DNA of 64,000 nt from Minisyncoccota bacterium (lineage in GTDB: Bacteria; Patescibacteriota; Minisyncoccia; Phycocordibacterales; JABAAK01): contig OY282360.1 of assembly GCA_958295675.1 (NCBI GenBank), forward strand, positions 466,026 through 530,025. The letters run 5' to 3'. The position numbers and the translations under genes were made by a program. The notes beneath the pieces are model-generated. The model worked only from the letters and a program-made list of their open reading frames with translations. It had not been told where the DNA came from and did not search any database. Shown in pieces: positions 49,525-60,574 of this stretch (positions within the stretch are counted from its first letter, which is position 1; each line of letters opens with the position of its first letter).

Positions 49525-49851
49525 ATGTCAAGAAACACCGCAGATGTTGATAGGAATGAAGAAGGTTTTCTTTCCTCATTCCCGGAAAACATCTTTCTCT
49601 TTGCACCCTTCATGATCTTGGGCGCGGGTTTCGTTAGCATACTGGTGTTCAAAACACCTTTCATGCCGACAATGCTCACCAGCGTGACGATCTTGATCAT
49701 AACCGCCTGCACTTTTTTGTTTGAGATGGCTGCGCGGTCTGAGCATAACGATCTACCTGCGAAATGGATCCTTGTCGGACTACTACTTGCACTTGCCTCT
49801 TTTGGGACCTTAACGGGGCTGTCTTGGCAGCTGCACATCGGGTGCACATAA
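49525..49851 (+). CDS. Small membrane protein (3 predicted transmembrane helices)
   Basis: Three hydrophobic segments; AAGGAAG upstream; followed by its own terminator. Confidence 0.65.
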   Translation: MSRNTADVDRNEEGFLSSFPENIFLFAPFMILGAGFVSILVFKTPFMPTMLTSVTILIITACTFLFEMAARSEHNDLPAKWILVGLLLALASFGTLTGLSWQLHIGCT

Positions 49852-49867
49852 TCGGAACAACCACCAC

Positions 49868-49899
49868 AATCCCCTTCCTCTGCGGAAGGGGATTTTTTT
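49868..49899 (+). terminator. Intrinsic terminator of the small membrane protein gene
   Basis: AATCCCCTTCC-TCTGC-GGAAGGGGATT plus T-run. Confidence 0.8.
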
Positions 49900-50042
49900 A
49901 TAGTATCCGTGTGTTCTTTTGTACTGTAGATTTCCGGATATGTATCTTGTAGCATTTTTTGCTATGATAGTTCCGGCTTCCCATCTTCTCCTTACCCCCA
50001 CCTATGTGGGGTGATTTTTTTATCACATACCGGATAACACTA

Positions 50043-52691
50043 TCAGGATTTTTTCTTGAGAACTTTTTTTAAATACTGACCGGTATAACTGCCGGACTCT
50101 TTTGCCACAGATTCAGGAGTTCCCGCAACAACGATAGTGCCGCCGCGCTCACCGCCTTCCGGACCTATGTCCACAACATAATCCGCATTCTTAATCACAT
50201 CCAAATTGTGTTCAATCAGCAATACTGTATTACCGCGATCCACCAGACGGTTTAATATCTCTATGAGCCGACGAACATCTTCATAATGCAGACCGACGGT
50301 CGGTTCATCCAGCAGATACATAGTTTTTCTGGTATTCGGTCGGTACAGTTCGGAGGCAATTTTCACCCGCTGCGCTTCACCGCCGGAAAGTGTTGTGGAC
50401 GGCTGACCGAGTTCAAGGTAGCCGAGACCGACATCAACCAAAGTGCTCAGGCGATCATGAATTGTCGGTATGTGCTTAAAAAATTCCGCTGCCTCTTCGG
50501 TCGGCATCACGAGCACTTCATGAATATTTTTCCCGCGATAAGTGGTATCCAACACCTCCTTGCTGTATCGCTTGCCGTGACATTCATCGCAAATCACATA
50601 CACCGTCGGCAGGAAATGCATCTCAACGGCGATAGAGCCGTTCCCTTCGCACTTCTCACATCGTCCGCCGGGGACATTAAATGAAAATCGTCCTGATTTC
50701 CAACCGCGATACCGCGCGTCCTCAGTCGCGGCAAAAAGGTCGCGAATATGCGTAAACGCGCCGACATAGGTGACGGGCGTAGAACGCGGCGTGCGTCCTA
50801 TGGGCGATTGGTCAACCAGCACAACCCTGCTTAAATCAGTATATCCCTCAAACACCTTTGTATTAAAATTTCTCTTCACCGTCAGCCGCCGCTCAAGTTT
50901 GTGACGCAAATTTTTGTACACAATATCATACAGCAGCGTTGACTTCCCCGATCCGGAAACACCGGTAATCGCCACCAGCCGTCCGAGCGGAATGGTAACG
51001 CTCACATTATTAATATTATTCGCCGTCGCACCGCGCAGCGTCAGCTGACCCCGATTCTCAGTCCGCCGCCGCTCAGGAACGGCAATCAGCCGGTCTCCGC
51101 GCAGATACGAAAGTGTCAGCGATCCGGAAGAATTGCGCTTGCTCGTGAGCAGCGATTCAAGAAAACCGGAGACGACCACTTCCCCGCCATGTTTCCCCGC
51201 TGCCGGCCCTATATCAACGATATAGTCGGCCGCGAAGATGGTGTCCTCATCATGCTCAACAACAATGATGGTATTACCGAGATCACGCAGATGCAGCAGA
51301 GTCCGTATTAACCGGTCATTATCCCGTTGATGCAGACCGATGGTGGGTTCATCAAGCACATATAACGCACCGACCAAACCGGAACCGAGCTGTGAAGCGA
51401 GCCGTATCCGCTGCGCTTCACCGCCGGAGAGCGTATTTGCCTTACGGTTCAGGGTCATGTACTCAAGCCCGACATTCCTCAAAAAAGTGATGCGGCTGAT
51501 TATTTCATTCAGCAGCGGTTCCGCGATATCCTGCTGCTGCTTGTTAAGCGTTAATTCACCAAAAAAAGAAGCGGCATGCTCAACGGTTAATCCGATAATC
51601 TCATGTATGCTATGCTTTCTTTTTTTGCCGGTAATAAAGACATGAAGCGCTTCAGGACGGAGTCGCGCGCCGTGACAGGCACCGCATGGTTCATCATCAA
51701 ACACATCAACCTGCCCGAGACCGTTGCATTCAGGACACGCGCCGTACGGTGAATTGAACGAAAACAAACGCGGTTCAATTTCAGGAAAAGAAAAACCGCA
51801 GGCGGGACACAGAAAGCGGGACGAAATGAGGGATTCAGAGCCGTCCGGATAACCGAGACGCACAAGACCGTCCGCCTCATGAATGGATCGCTCAACGGCA
51901 TCCGACAGCCGTTCACGGAACACGCGCGGATCCTTGGCATAGTCGCTGATATACAGCGCATCAACATGTATATCAATATCATGTTTCTTGGTCTTGCTGA
52001 GTGTGAGACGATTCCGAAGAGCATGTTCAGCACCGTCAACACGCGCGGTTTCATACCCTTTCCGCAACATATCATAGAGCAGCTGGTAGTATTCCCCTTT
52101 TCGGCCGATGACAAGCGGCGCAAGCACACGGAGTATCCTCTCGTTATACGCAACCCCGGCAACCGAACTACTCTTCTCCAACCACTTCTCCCGCTTGATC
52201 TTCCGTTCAATCCGCCGCACAATCTCATCCTTAGAAACCTTCTCAATCACATGCGAACATGACGGACAAAACGGCGTGCCGACACGGGAAAAGAGTACCC
52301 GAAGATAGTCGTACACTTCAGTGATGGTCGCGACGGTTGAACGCGGATTGTTGGACCTATTCTTCTGATCAATAGAAATAGCGGGAGAAAGACCGGTAAC
52401 TTCCCGAATCTCCGGCTTCTGCATCTGCCGAAGAAACTGCCTGGCATACGCGGAAAGCGATTCAACATACCGTCGCTGCCCTTCAGCGAAGATGGTGTCA
52501 AACGCCAGCGATGACTTGCCGGATCCGGAGATACCGGTACATACCGTCAGCATATTGCGCGGAATATCAACATCAATGTTTTTCAGATTATGCGTTGACG
52601 CGCCGCGAATGCGAATCCATTTGCTGTCATGCGCCATTCCGCTCTTTTTCGCGCGCGCGCCGCTTTGTTTCTTTTTTCTTTTTTCCGGCAT
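50043..52691 (-). CDS. uvrA: Excinuclease ABC subunit A
   Basis: [24 protein letters not shown], two LSGGEAQR motifs, two LDEPT motifs, [10 protein letters not shown]; start moved to MPEKRKKK. Confidence 0.98.
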   Translation of the reverse strand: MPEKRKKKQSGARAKKSGMAHDSKWIRIRGASTHNLKNIDVDIPRNMLTVCTGISGSGKSSLAFDTIFAEGQRRYVESLSAYARQFLRQMQKPEIREVTGLSPAISIDQKNRSNNPRSTVATITEVYDYLRVLFSRVGTPFCPSCSHVIEKVSKDEIVRRIERKIKREKWLEKSSSVAGVAYNERILRVLAPLVIGRKGEYYQLLYDMLRKGYETARVDGAEHALRNRLTLSKTKKHDIDIHVDALYISDYAKDPRVFRERLSDAVERSIHEADGLVRLGYPDGSESLISSRFLCPACGFSFPEIEPRLFSFNSPYGACPECNGLGQVDVFDDEPCGACHGARLRPEALHVFITGKKRKHSIHEIIGLTVEHAASFFGELTLNKQQQDIAEPLLNEIISRITFLRNVGLEYMTLNRKANTLSGGEAQRIRLASQLGSGLVGALYVLDEPTIGLHQRDNDRLIRTLLHLRDLGNTIIVVEHDEDTIFAADYIVDIGPAAGKHGGEVVVSGFLESLLTSKRNSSGSLTLSYLRGDRLIAVPERRRTENRGQLTLRGATANNINNVSVTIPLGRLVAITGVSGSGKSTLLYDIVYKNLRHKLERRLTVKRNFNTKVFEGYTDLSRVVLVDQSPIGRTPRSTPVTYVGAFTHIRDLFAATEDARYRGWKSGRFSFNVPGGRCEKCEGNGSIAVEMHFLPTVYVICDECHGKRYSKEVLDTTYRGKNIHEVLVMPTEEAAEFFKHIPTIHDRLSTLVDVGLGYLELGQPSTTLSGGEAQRVKIASELYRPNTRKTMYLLDEPTVGLHYEDVRRLIEILNRLVDRGNTVLLIEHNLDVIKNADYVVDIGPEGGERGGTIVVAGTPESVAKESGSYTGQYLKKVLKKKS

Positions 52692-52695
52692 ACTA

Positions 52696-54462
52696 TCAGC
52701 TCCGTTCTTCTGAAGAAGAAAACACGGCATCTTTTTGCACAAGCATCCGCACTGCATCATCAACAGAAAGCACCTGTTTCCTATCATCCATCTCCAAAGT
52801 AACAGCACCTGCATCGCGCTCTTTTTCACCGATCACAATCCGAGCAGGTATTTTTTCAGCATGTGTTTTCGCCACTTTCCTGCCGACACTCTCATCACTC
52901 ATATCACAATCAACCCGAAGACCGGCACCGACAAGACGGTCAGACACAGTACGCGCGTATGCATGCGCACTCTCACCGACTGACAGCACCCGCACCTGCA
53001 CCGGCGCGAGGAAAAACGGAAAATAGCCGGCGAAGTGTTCAATCATCACGCCCAAGAAACGCTCCAGAGAACCGGACACGGCGCGATGTATCATTATCGG
53101 CACCTGCTTCCTGTTGCCGGAGTCAACATAGGAAAGATTAAAACGCTCCGGCATCACAAAATCAAGCTGTATGGTCGCCAACTGCCACTTCCTGCGCAGC
53201 GAGTCCCGAAAGTGAAAATCAATTTTCGGTCCGTAAAACGCCGCTTCCCCCGCTTCAATGACAAACGGCAAACCAGCGCGCTCAAGCGCGCTTGTAAGGT
53301 ATCGTTCAGCATTGTCCCACACGGCATTGTCACCGAGATAGCTGTCCGTATCACTGCCGCGCACCGAAAGAAACACTTCACAATCATCACCGCGGAAAAA
53401 ACCGAGTGCGGTGTAGAATTCCTTGATAAGTGAAATGGTCGCGGAAACTTCCTCCTCAATCTGCTCTTCCGTGCAGAAAATATGCCCGTCATCCTGCGTA
53501 ATACTCAGCACCCGTGTCAGACCGAGCAATTCGCCCTTCTGTTCATCCCGATAGTTGGTCGTGAATTCCGCGTATCGGATAGGAAGATCGTTATAGCTCC
53601 GCAGCGCGCTCGCGTATATCTGCGTGTGGTGCGGGCAGTTCATCGGTTTCAGCACAAATTCGTCATGCCTGCCGCGCACGGTGAGCAGTTCATCGCCGAA
53701 TTTATCCCAATGCCCCGATGTCTCGTACAATTCTTTCTTCGCCAGATGCGGTATCCATACATGCTCATAGCCGTACCTTTCCAACAGCACAGACAAAGAT
53801 TTTTCCAATGCCCTGCGAAGCGCGTTCCCTTTCGGCGTGAACAGCGGCAATCCGGAGCCGACTAACGGCGAAAAAGTAAACAACCCTAATGCTTTCCCTA
53901 TCTTCCGATGATCCCGCGCCTTTGCTTCTTCAAGCATTCGCTGATACTCATTAAGGTCTTCCTTGGTGTCAAACGCAAGACCGTACACACGCGTCAGCAT
54001 AGTATTTTGCTCATCACCGCGCCAGTACGCGCCGGCAACGGATTGCAGCGCGAAACTGTCAGGATGTATGGAAGAAATATCGTCAACATGACCGCCGCCG
54101 CATAAGTCAATAAAATCACCGGAAGTATATAATGTAATCTCTTTTCCGGCGACAGAAAGTTCGTCAATCAACTCACACTTGTACGGATTATCCTTAAAAT
54201 ACGCAAGTGCCTCCTCTGATGAAACAACCTTTTTTTCAAAAACAGTCCATTGCCCGAGCATCTCCCGCATTTTTTCCTCAACGGCACCCAAATCATCAAC
54301 AGAAAGCGGAACAGGAATTTCAGCATCATAGTAGAAACCGTCATCAATGGCGGGACCGATGGCAAGCTTAGTACCGGGATACAAAGCAACCAGTGCCGCG
54401 CCGAGCGCGTGCGCCAAAGAGTGCCGTTTCTCCTGCAATACATCTGCGGTCTCAGAACTCAT
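52696..54462 (-). CDS. thrS: Threonine--tRNA ligase (no N-terminal TGS domain)
   Basis: [53 protein letters not shown]. Confidence 0.98.
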   Translation of the reverse strand: MSSETADVLQEKRHSLAHALGAALVALYPGTKLAIGPAIDDGFYYDAEIPVPLSVDDLGAVEEKMREMLGQWTVFEKKVVSSEEALAYFKDNPYKCELIDELSVAGKEITLYTSGDFIDLCGGGHVDDISSIHPDSFALQSVAGAYWRGDEQNTMLTRVYGLAFDTKEDLNEYQRMLEEAKARDHRKIGKALGLFTFSPLVGSGLPLFTPKGNALRRALEKSLSVLLERYGYEHVWIPHLAKKELYETSGHWDKFGDELLTVRGRHDEFVLKPMNCPHHTQIYASALRSYNDLPIRYAEFTTNYRDEQKGELLGLTRVLSITQDDGHIFCTEEQIEEEVSATISLIKEFYTALGFFRGDDCEVFLSVRGSDTDSYLGDNAVWDNAERYLTSALERAGLPFVIEAGEAAFYGPKIDFHFRDSLRRKWQLATIQLDFVMPERFNLSYVDSGNRKQVPIMIHRAVSGSLERFLGVMIEHFAGYFPFFLAPVQVRVLSVGESAHAYARTVSDRLVGAGLRVDCDMSDESVGRKVAKTHAEKIPARIVIGEKERDAGAVTLEMDDRKQVLSVDDAVRMLVQKDAVFSSSEERS

Positions 54463-54510
54463 ACCTTGGTAGAATAACACAATGAAAAAGCAGCAAACAA
54501 TCAGATATCA

Positions 54511-54978
54511 TCACCGCGAAAAACCGGAATCATGCTCAAAGGGACCGCGGGACGATGCCATAACGGCAAGCCGATCCGCCTTTTCATTCCCTTCTTCATT
54601 TGAATGCCCTTTCACCCACTTGAAAACCACATGTTCCTTCACCAACACATCAAGTTCTTTCCACAAATCAACATTCTTGATTGGTTGTTTCCTGCCGCGT
54701 TCAAGACGCATCCATCCGTTCTCTTTCCAACCGCGCATCCACTGCGTAATTCCTTTCCGCACATACTCGCTGTCAGTCCAGATAGTGATAGTATCAACGG
54801 CACCATATTTTTTCAGCACTTCAATCACCGCGCGCAGCTCCATCCTGTTATTCGTTGTTCTGTAGTACCCCTGAGAAAAAGTGTATTCTAAAGCACCGTC
54901 CCGATACACCACCGCACCGATACCGCCAGGACCCGGATTTCCTTTACATGACCCATCCGTGTATACCTCATATTCCAT
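54511..54978 (-). CDS. rnhA: Ribonuclease HI
   Basis: YTDGSCKGNPGPGG, TTNNRMEL, TDSEYV, KNVDLW, WVKGH, NEKADRLA. Confidence 0.97.
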   Translation of the reverse strand: MEYEVYTDGSCKGNPGPGGIGAVVYRDGALEYTFSQGYYRTTNNRMELRAVIEVLKKYGAVDTITIWTDSEYVRKGITQWMRGWKENGWMRLERGRKQPIKNVDLWKELDVLVKEHVVFKWVKGHSNEEGNEKADRLAVMASSRGPFEHDSGFSR

Positions 54979-55062
54979 ACAGCACAATGTAGCACAGCAG
55001 TATATCACTTTATCCACCATACTAAAAATATCTCCTCACCCCTACCTTAAACTATAAGTATA

Positions 55063-58000
55063 ATGCACATTACCCACAAAATCCTGCAAGTTGCACTTGC
55101 CATAAGTATACTCAGCATGCTGTTCGTGTCATACGGCATGACAGACGCACAGACCGCGTGCGCGGACGGAGAAGTACTCACCCTCGCCAGTACGGGTCTG
55201 GAGTGTGTTTCCGCGGAGCAGGCATTGCTGGAATCCAATAACTGTCCCGAAGGACAGTTTCTGCAGGTGACCACGGTCAACGGCGTCAGACAGGTTACCT
55301 GTGCCAGTGTTCCGACAGTGGACCCCCCAAAAGAATGCGGCACGGGAGAGTATGTCCGCGGTGTCAACAATGACGGGTCGCTGGACTGTGCGACCATTCA
55401 GACCGTCCCTTCCTGTGCAGTGTCGGTCTCACCCGCATCGCCGACAACAGCACAGTCGTTCACCTTAACGGTGACACCACGGAACTTCTCTGCTGCCGGT
55501 AACTATACCTACCGCTGGAAGTTTGACACGCAGAGCAGAATACTGCGTGAGGAAACGACCGCAATGACCTCAGATACCCTGTCCATTAACGCAGGAGACA
55601 TCGCCAACCCGTACAACTCACCGTACTATGTGACGGTGACGAAAAGCACACAAAGTACCTCATGCGGTATCGTGGTGCCGGTGGTTGCTGCTACCGTTCC
55701 ATCCTGCTCCGGCGGAAGTGTCAGCTGGACTGTGAACAACAAGACCTGCACCGGTTCCCTAGACGAGACAAAATCCGGTAGCAGCGATACTGCAATTGAT
55801 AGCAACAGACCGCCCACCGGCAGCGCGACCTATCACTGTAATAATGACAGGACATGGGGAGAACCAACGAGCGCATCATGTGCAGACGATCCTCCCCACT
55901 GCCAAGAAGACGATGAGGTCACCTGGACAGTAGGCAGTCACACCTGCACCGGTTCCCGAGACGAGACAAACTCCGGTAGCAGCGATACTGCAACTGATAG
56001 CACCGGACCGTCAACCGGTAGCGCGACCTATAGCTGCAACAACGGTGCCTGGACCGAACCGACTAACACAAGTTGCGAATCTACAACTCTTCCTCCTCTC
56101 AAGTGTTCAGGCGGTAGTGTTGATTGGAGCGTGGACAATCACGACTGCACCGGTTCCCGAGACGAGACAAACTCCGGTAGCAGCGATACTGCAACTGATA
56201 GCACCGGACCGTCAACCGGTAGCGCGACCTATAGCTGTAACAACGGCGACTGGATCGCAACTAGCATGAGTTGCGGATATGGAGATCCACCCTGTAATTG
56301 CACCCCGTCCGCAACCGACAGCACAACCGCCGGTACCCGTGCCACACCTCATACATGGTGCAAGAGATCCTGCGCCGGTCGTACTGTCAGATGGACCGTG
56401 AACGGCAAGACCTGTTCGGGCTCCTTGCCAGAAGTAACTCCTGAAGCCGATATAGGTGAAAATCCAACCACCGTGTGGGACACGACTGGAACGACACGCG
56501 GCAGAGCCATTTACGACTGCAATGATGGTACCTTGAGCAACCCGCTGTTCGCGTGGTGCACAAGTGCGACGACATCCTGCGCCGCTGATACAGTCAGCTG
56601 GACCAAGAACGGCAGGACTTGCACAGCGTCCCGACCTATGGCACCTTCCGGCGGAGAGGTCTTCATACGGAGTACCGAAGGAACATCACGCGGCAGTGCG
56701 AAGTACCTCTGTACCAATGGCACCTGGAGCGACGAGCCATCTTTCGCATTGTGCGACAGAACATGTGCCGGTGGTACGGTCAATTGGACAGTAGGCAGTC
56801 ACACCTGCACCGGCACCCGAACCACAACACGACATGGTGGCGGCAGCGTCGCGAGGGATGCCACCAAACCAACAATCGGTGTCGCCGCCTACAGATGTGT
56901 TAATGGTACCTGGAGAACCATGTTTAGTAGATACGATGCTTCTTGGATTTTCTGGAGACATTGGAGTGACAATATGCATGACTCAATATGGTTAAGCGGA
57001 ACCGGTGCGACTTGCTCATCCACATCCTGTCCCGCCGATATAGTCACATGGAGTGAAGACAACAACAGAATTTGCAGATTTTCCCGCTCAATTACACCTT
57101 CCGGTGCATACGCTAATCTATTGGACACTGATGGATCAACGGGTGGTGGCGGATTTTACAAATGTAACGACAATGGCTCATGGGATGATGCTGACAGCAC
57201 GAATGCCTGCACCACGAGTGGGTGTCTGCAAGACGGCGTATGCGATACCAGCAGGCAGAACAGGTGCTCGTCCGGCACGCTCTACAATGATGCCAATGAC
57301 TCCGCGGTGGCTGACACGACCACGCACTACAAATGGCGCTGCGACGGACGGAATGGCGGAAAAAACTCTCCTGTCTGCGAAAAGGAAAAACCGTGCGGCA
57401 CCTGCAACTGCACTACATCAAAAACAGACGCTACGAACGCCGGTACTTGCAGTACCACCGGCAATACCTGCACCGTCTCGGCAAATAACTGTCCGAAGAG
57501 CCCTAAATGCGGTTCCTGGTCACCGGCACGAAACACGGTCTGTAGCGGCACGAGATTCACCCAGTTCAGAACCTGCAACACTGAGTGTAATAACTGTGCA
57601 ACAAGTCGGTTGACGACCGGGACAAAACCCCAAAGTGGGACATGGTCACCGGCACGAAACACGGTCTGTAGCGGCAAGAGATTCACCCAGTCCAGAACCT
57701 GCGGTTCACGATCAACGACCGGCACGAAACCGGCGACAAATTGTCAATGGGGACCTTGGAGTGATTGGAGTACATGTTCAAATGGCTCCCAAAGCAGATC
57801 AAGAAGTAAAACCGTAACCGAGTCAACCTGCGGCACCTGCTCAGGTTCAAGCACCCAATCACAGTGTTGTGGTAGTGGATGCACTCCTGTTCCTTGTGTC
57901 TGCACCGCATCAAAAACCGATGCCGCGAACAAAGGCACCTTGTCTGACGGCAGCGGTGCCTGCACCGTCACGGCGAATAACTGTCCGACAAAAACCTGCA

Positions 58001-60489
58001 ACTGCACTACATCAAAAACCGATGCTACGAACGCCGGCACCTGGTCTGACGGCAGCGGTGCCTGCAACGAGGCGAATAATTGTCCACAAACACCTGTATG
58101 CAACAATGCTGAAGTAGATGAATGCTTAGTCGGGCGCAAATCAAACACCGGCACGAGATGTCAAGATACCACTACGCTTGACCGTTGGTGTTGCATAGGA
58201 AAGCCCGACACTGAGATAGCGTATTGTGACATAAAGAAACCGGGATGTGAGGATAAAGATGTAACTTGGGGAACTCAATGTGGTGGAAGCACAGGAACAG
58301 CAAGTGCAAGCGGAAGTAAGGTAGTCGCCAATACTAAAGCTGGCTACACCGGCAGCGCGACCTACAGTTGTAACAACGAAACATGGAGTGGTCCGACCGC
58401 TTCGAGTTGTAGAGAGAATTTGTGTGAATGGAGTACCTGGTCACCGGCGGCGAATACAAAAACCTGCGGCACATCATTCACGCAAGAGAGAACCTGCGGT
58501 TCTGGAGATGAAACCAAACAGGAAACCCAAACCGCGACCGGTACCAAACCCAGTGCTTGGAGCACCTACGCACCGGCAACGAGCACGGTCTGCAGCGACG
58601 AATCATTCACGCAAGAGAGAACCAGAACCTGCGGTGACCCCACAAGCGAAGAGAGAACCGCGAGAGGGACGGCAACCTGGAGTACCTGGTCACCGGCGGC
58701 GAATACAAAAACCTGCGGCACATCATTCACGCAAGAGAGAACCTGCGGTTCTGGAGATGAAACCAAACAGGAAACCCAAACCGCGACCGGTACCAAACCC
58801 AGTGCTTGGAGCACCTACGCACCGGCAACGAGCACGGTCTGCAGCGACGAATCATTCACGCAAGAGAGAACCAGAACCTGCGGTGACCCCACAAGCGAAG
58901 AGAGAACCGCGAGAGGGACGGCAACCTGGAGTACCTGGTCACCGGCGGCGAATACAAAAACCTGCGGCACATCATTCACGCAAGAGAGAACCTGCGGTTC
59001 TGGAGATGAAACCAAACAGGAAACCCAAACCGCGACCGGTACCAAACCCAGTGCTTGGAGCACCTACGCACCGGCAACGAGCACGGTCTGCAGCGACGAA
59101 TCATTCACGCAAGAGAGAACCAGAACCTGCGGTGACCCCACAAGCGAAGAGAGAACCGCGAGAGGGACGGCAACCTGGAGTACCTGGTCACCGGCGGCGA
59201 ATACAAAAACCTGCGGCACATCATTCACGCAAGAGAGAACCTGCGGTTCTGGAGATGAAACCAAACAGGAAACCCAAACCGCGACCGGTACCAAACCCAG
59301 TGCTTGGAGCACCTACGCACCGGCAACGAGCACGGTCTGCAGCGACGAATCATTCACGCAAGAGAGAACCAGAACCTGCGGTGACCCCACAAGCGAAGAG
59401 AGAACCGCGAGAGGGACGGCAACCTGGAGTACCTGGTCACCGGCGGCGAATACAAAAACCTGCGGCACATCATTCACGCAAGAGAGAACCTGCGGTTCTG
59501 GAGATGAAACCAAACAGGAAACCCAAACCGCGACCGGTACCAAACCCAGTGCTTGGAGCACCTACGCACCGGCAACGAGCACGGTCTGCAGCGACGAATC
59601 ATTCACGCAAGAGAGAACCAGAACCTGCGGTGACCCCACAAGCGAAGAGAGAACCGCGAGAGGGACGGCAACCTGGAGTACCTGGTCACCGGCGGCGAAT
59701 ACAAAAACCTGCGGCACATCATTCACGCAAGAGAGAACCTGCGGTTCTGGAGATGAAACCAAACAGGAAACCCAAACCGCGACCGGTACCAAACCCAGTG
59801 CTTGGAGCACCTACGCACCGGCAACGAGCACGGTCTGCAGCGACGAATCATTCACGCAAGAGAGAACCAGAACCTGCGGTGACCCCACAAGCGAAGAGAG
59901 AACCGCGAGAGGGACGGCAACCTGGAGTACCTGGTCACCGGCGGCGAATACAAAAACCTGCGGCACATCATTCACGCAAACGAGAACCTGCGGTTCTGGA
60001 GATGAAACCAAACAGGAAACCCAAACCGCGACCGGTACCAAACCAAGAGACGGCGGATGGAGTACCTATGGTTCTTGCGAATGTACCTCCAGCACTTTTG
60101 ATGCGGCGAACGCCGGTACACAGAGCAGAACCTGCAACAACCCGGTACGGGGGTGCTCCGGCAGCGCATGCTCCGGCAGCGCATCCCAATCCTGTACCGT
60201 CTCGGCGAATAATTGTCTAGAAAGAAACGGTCAGTGTGGTGGTGACCCTACAATAAGCGGCGACGCATTCACTGGATACTATGTTCTTAATAAGCATAGG
60301 AATTCACTCTGTAAATATGGGACATCTTATGGTTTTAGATCATTACGAGAAAGCGACCAAGGAGGTACTCAACATCCAAATCCTAATCTTAGATTCTACA
60401 AAGCAGTTTGGAAATGCGCTGAAAGCAGCAATGATGTTTCTGTTTCTGTTGCCAGTTGTTCCAAAACATTTTTTGTGCCGGGCTCCTAG
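55063..60489 (+). CDS. Giant secreted Cys/Trp-rich adhesin-like protein with thrombospondin type 1-like repeats
   Basis: 1808 aa; signal peptide; ~60-aa C-x-W-x-C...G-S-A-T-Y-x-C-x-N-G-x-W modules; WGPWSDWSTCS..SQSRSR and DGGWSTYGSC...QSRTCNNP TSP1 motifs. Confidence 0.9.
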   Translation: MHITHKILQVALAISILSMLFVSYGMTDAQTACADGEVLTLASTGLECVSAEQALLESNNCPEGQFLQVTTVNGVRQVTCASVPTVDPPKECGTGEYVRGVNNDGSLDCATIQTVPSCAVSVSPASPTTAQSFTLTVTPRNFSAAGNYTYRWKFDTQSRILREETTAMTSDTLSINAGDIANPYNSPYYVTVTKSTQSTSCGIVVPVVAATVPSCSGGSVSWTVNNKTCTGSLDETKSGSSDTAIDSNRPPTGSATYHCNNDRTWGEPTSASCADDPPHCQEDDEVTWTVGSHTCTGSRDETNSGSSDTATDSTGPSTGSATYSCNNGAWTEPTNTSCESTTLPPLKCSGGSVDWSVDNHDCTGSRDETNSGSSDTATDSTGPSTGSATYSCNNGDWIATSMSCGYGDPPCNCTPSATDSTTAGTRATPHTWCKRSCAGRTVRWTVNGKTCSGSLPEVTPEADIGENPTTVWDTTGTTRGRAIYDCNDGTLSNPLFAWCTSATTSCAADTVSWTKNGRTCTASRPMAPSGGEVFIRSTEGTSRGSAKYLCTNGTWSDEPSFALCDRTCAGGTVNWTVGSHTCTGTRTTTRHGGGSVARDATKPTIGVAAYRCVNGTWRTMFSRYDASWIFWRHWSDNMHDSIWLSGTGATCSSTSCPADIVTWSEDNNRICRFSRSITPSGAYANLLDTDGSTGGGGFYKCNDNGSWDDADSTNACTTSGCLQDGVCDTSRQNRCSSGTLYNDANDSAVADTTTHYKWRCDGRNGGKNSPVCEKEKPCGTCNCTTSKTDATNAGTCSTTGNTCTVSANNCPKSPKCGSWSPARNTVCSGTRFTQFRTCNTECNNCATSRLTTGTKPQSGTWSPARNTVCSGKRFTQSRTCGSRSTTGTKPATNCQWGPWSDWSTCSNGSQSRSRSKTVTESTCGTCSGSSTQSQCCGSGCTPVPCVCTASKTDAANKGTLSDGSGACTVTANNCPTKTCNCTTSKTDATNAGTWSDGSGACNEANNCPQTPVCNNAEVDECLVGRKSNTGTRCQDTTTLDRWCCIGKPDTEIAYCDIKKPGCEDKDVTWGTQCGGSTGTASASGSKVVANTKAGYTGSATYSCNNETWSGPTASSCRENLCEWSTWSPAANTKTCGTSFTQERTCGSGDETKQETQTATGTKPSAWSTYAPATSTVCSDESFTQERTRTCGDPTSEERTARGTATWSTWSPAANTKTCGTSFTQERTCGSGDETKQETQTATGTKPSAWSTYAPATSTVCSDESFTQERTRTCGDPTSEERTARGTATWSTWSPAANTKTCGTSFTQERTCGSGDETKQETQTATGTKPSAWSTYAPATSTVCSDESFTQERTRTCGDPTSEERTARGTATWSTWSPAANTKTCGTSFTQERTCGSGDETKQETQTATGTKPSAWSTYAPATSTVCSDESFTQERTRTCGDPTSEERTARGTATWSTWSPAANTKTCGTSFTQERTCGSGDETKQETQTATGTKPSAWSTYAPATSTVCSDESFTQERTRTCGDPTSEERTARGTATWSTWSPAANTKTCGTSFTQERTCGSGDETKQETQTATGTKPSAWSTYAPATSTVCSDESFTQERTRTCGDPTSEERTARGTATWSTWSPAANTKTCGTSFTQTRTCGSGDETKQETQTATGTKPRDGGWSTYGSCECTSSTFDAANAGTQSRTCNNPVRGCSGSACSGSASQSCTVSANNCLERNGQCGGDPTISGDAFTGYYVLNKHRNSLCKYGTSYGFRSLRESDQGGTQHPNPNLRFYKAVWKCAESSNDVSVSVASCSKTFFVPGS
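58429..60045 (+). repeat. 249-bp tandem repeat, about 6.5 near-identical copies (83-aa unit)
   Basis: TGGAGTACCTGGTCACCGGCGGCG recurs at 58429, 58678, 58927, 59176, 59425, 59674 and 59923. Confidence 0.95.
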
Positions 60490-60519
60490 GATTAGCAACG
60501 CTGTATATAAGAGCAAATA

Positions 60520-60549
60520 AAAAAACCCCCGCGGATAACCGCGGGGGTA
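60520..60549. terminator. Terminator hairpin between convergent genes
   Basis: ACCCCCGCGG-ATAA-CCGCGGGGGT; the A-run on its left gives a U-tract for the minus-strand gene. Confidence 0.8.
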
Positions 60550-60574
60550 GTGCCTTGTAGGCGAAAAAAAGAGG

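Noticed and set aside
48156-49525. Short ORFs in the RNA island (e.g. 48230-48520, 48290-48616, 48675-49019, 48844-49194)
   Set aside because: They are not conserved between the two homologous copies, have no start signals, and several cross promoters or terminators.
45400-50040. Prophage, IS or integron interpretation of the island
   Set aside because: No integrase, transposase, terminal inverted repeats, target duplication or attC-like sites were recognised.
17266-52691. uvrA, uvrB, uvrC and four tRNA ligases in one window as a functional cluster
   Set aside because: They are scattered and separately promoted; this density is expected in a very small genome.
58388-60220. 610-aa overlapping ORF and repeated 82-aa antisense ORFs in the adhesin
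   Set aside because: They are by-products of the 249-bp repeat and carry no independent start signals.
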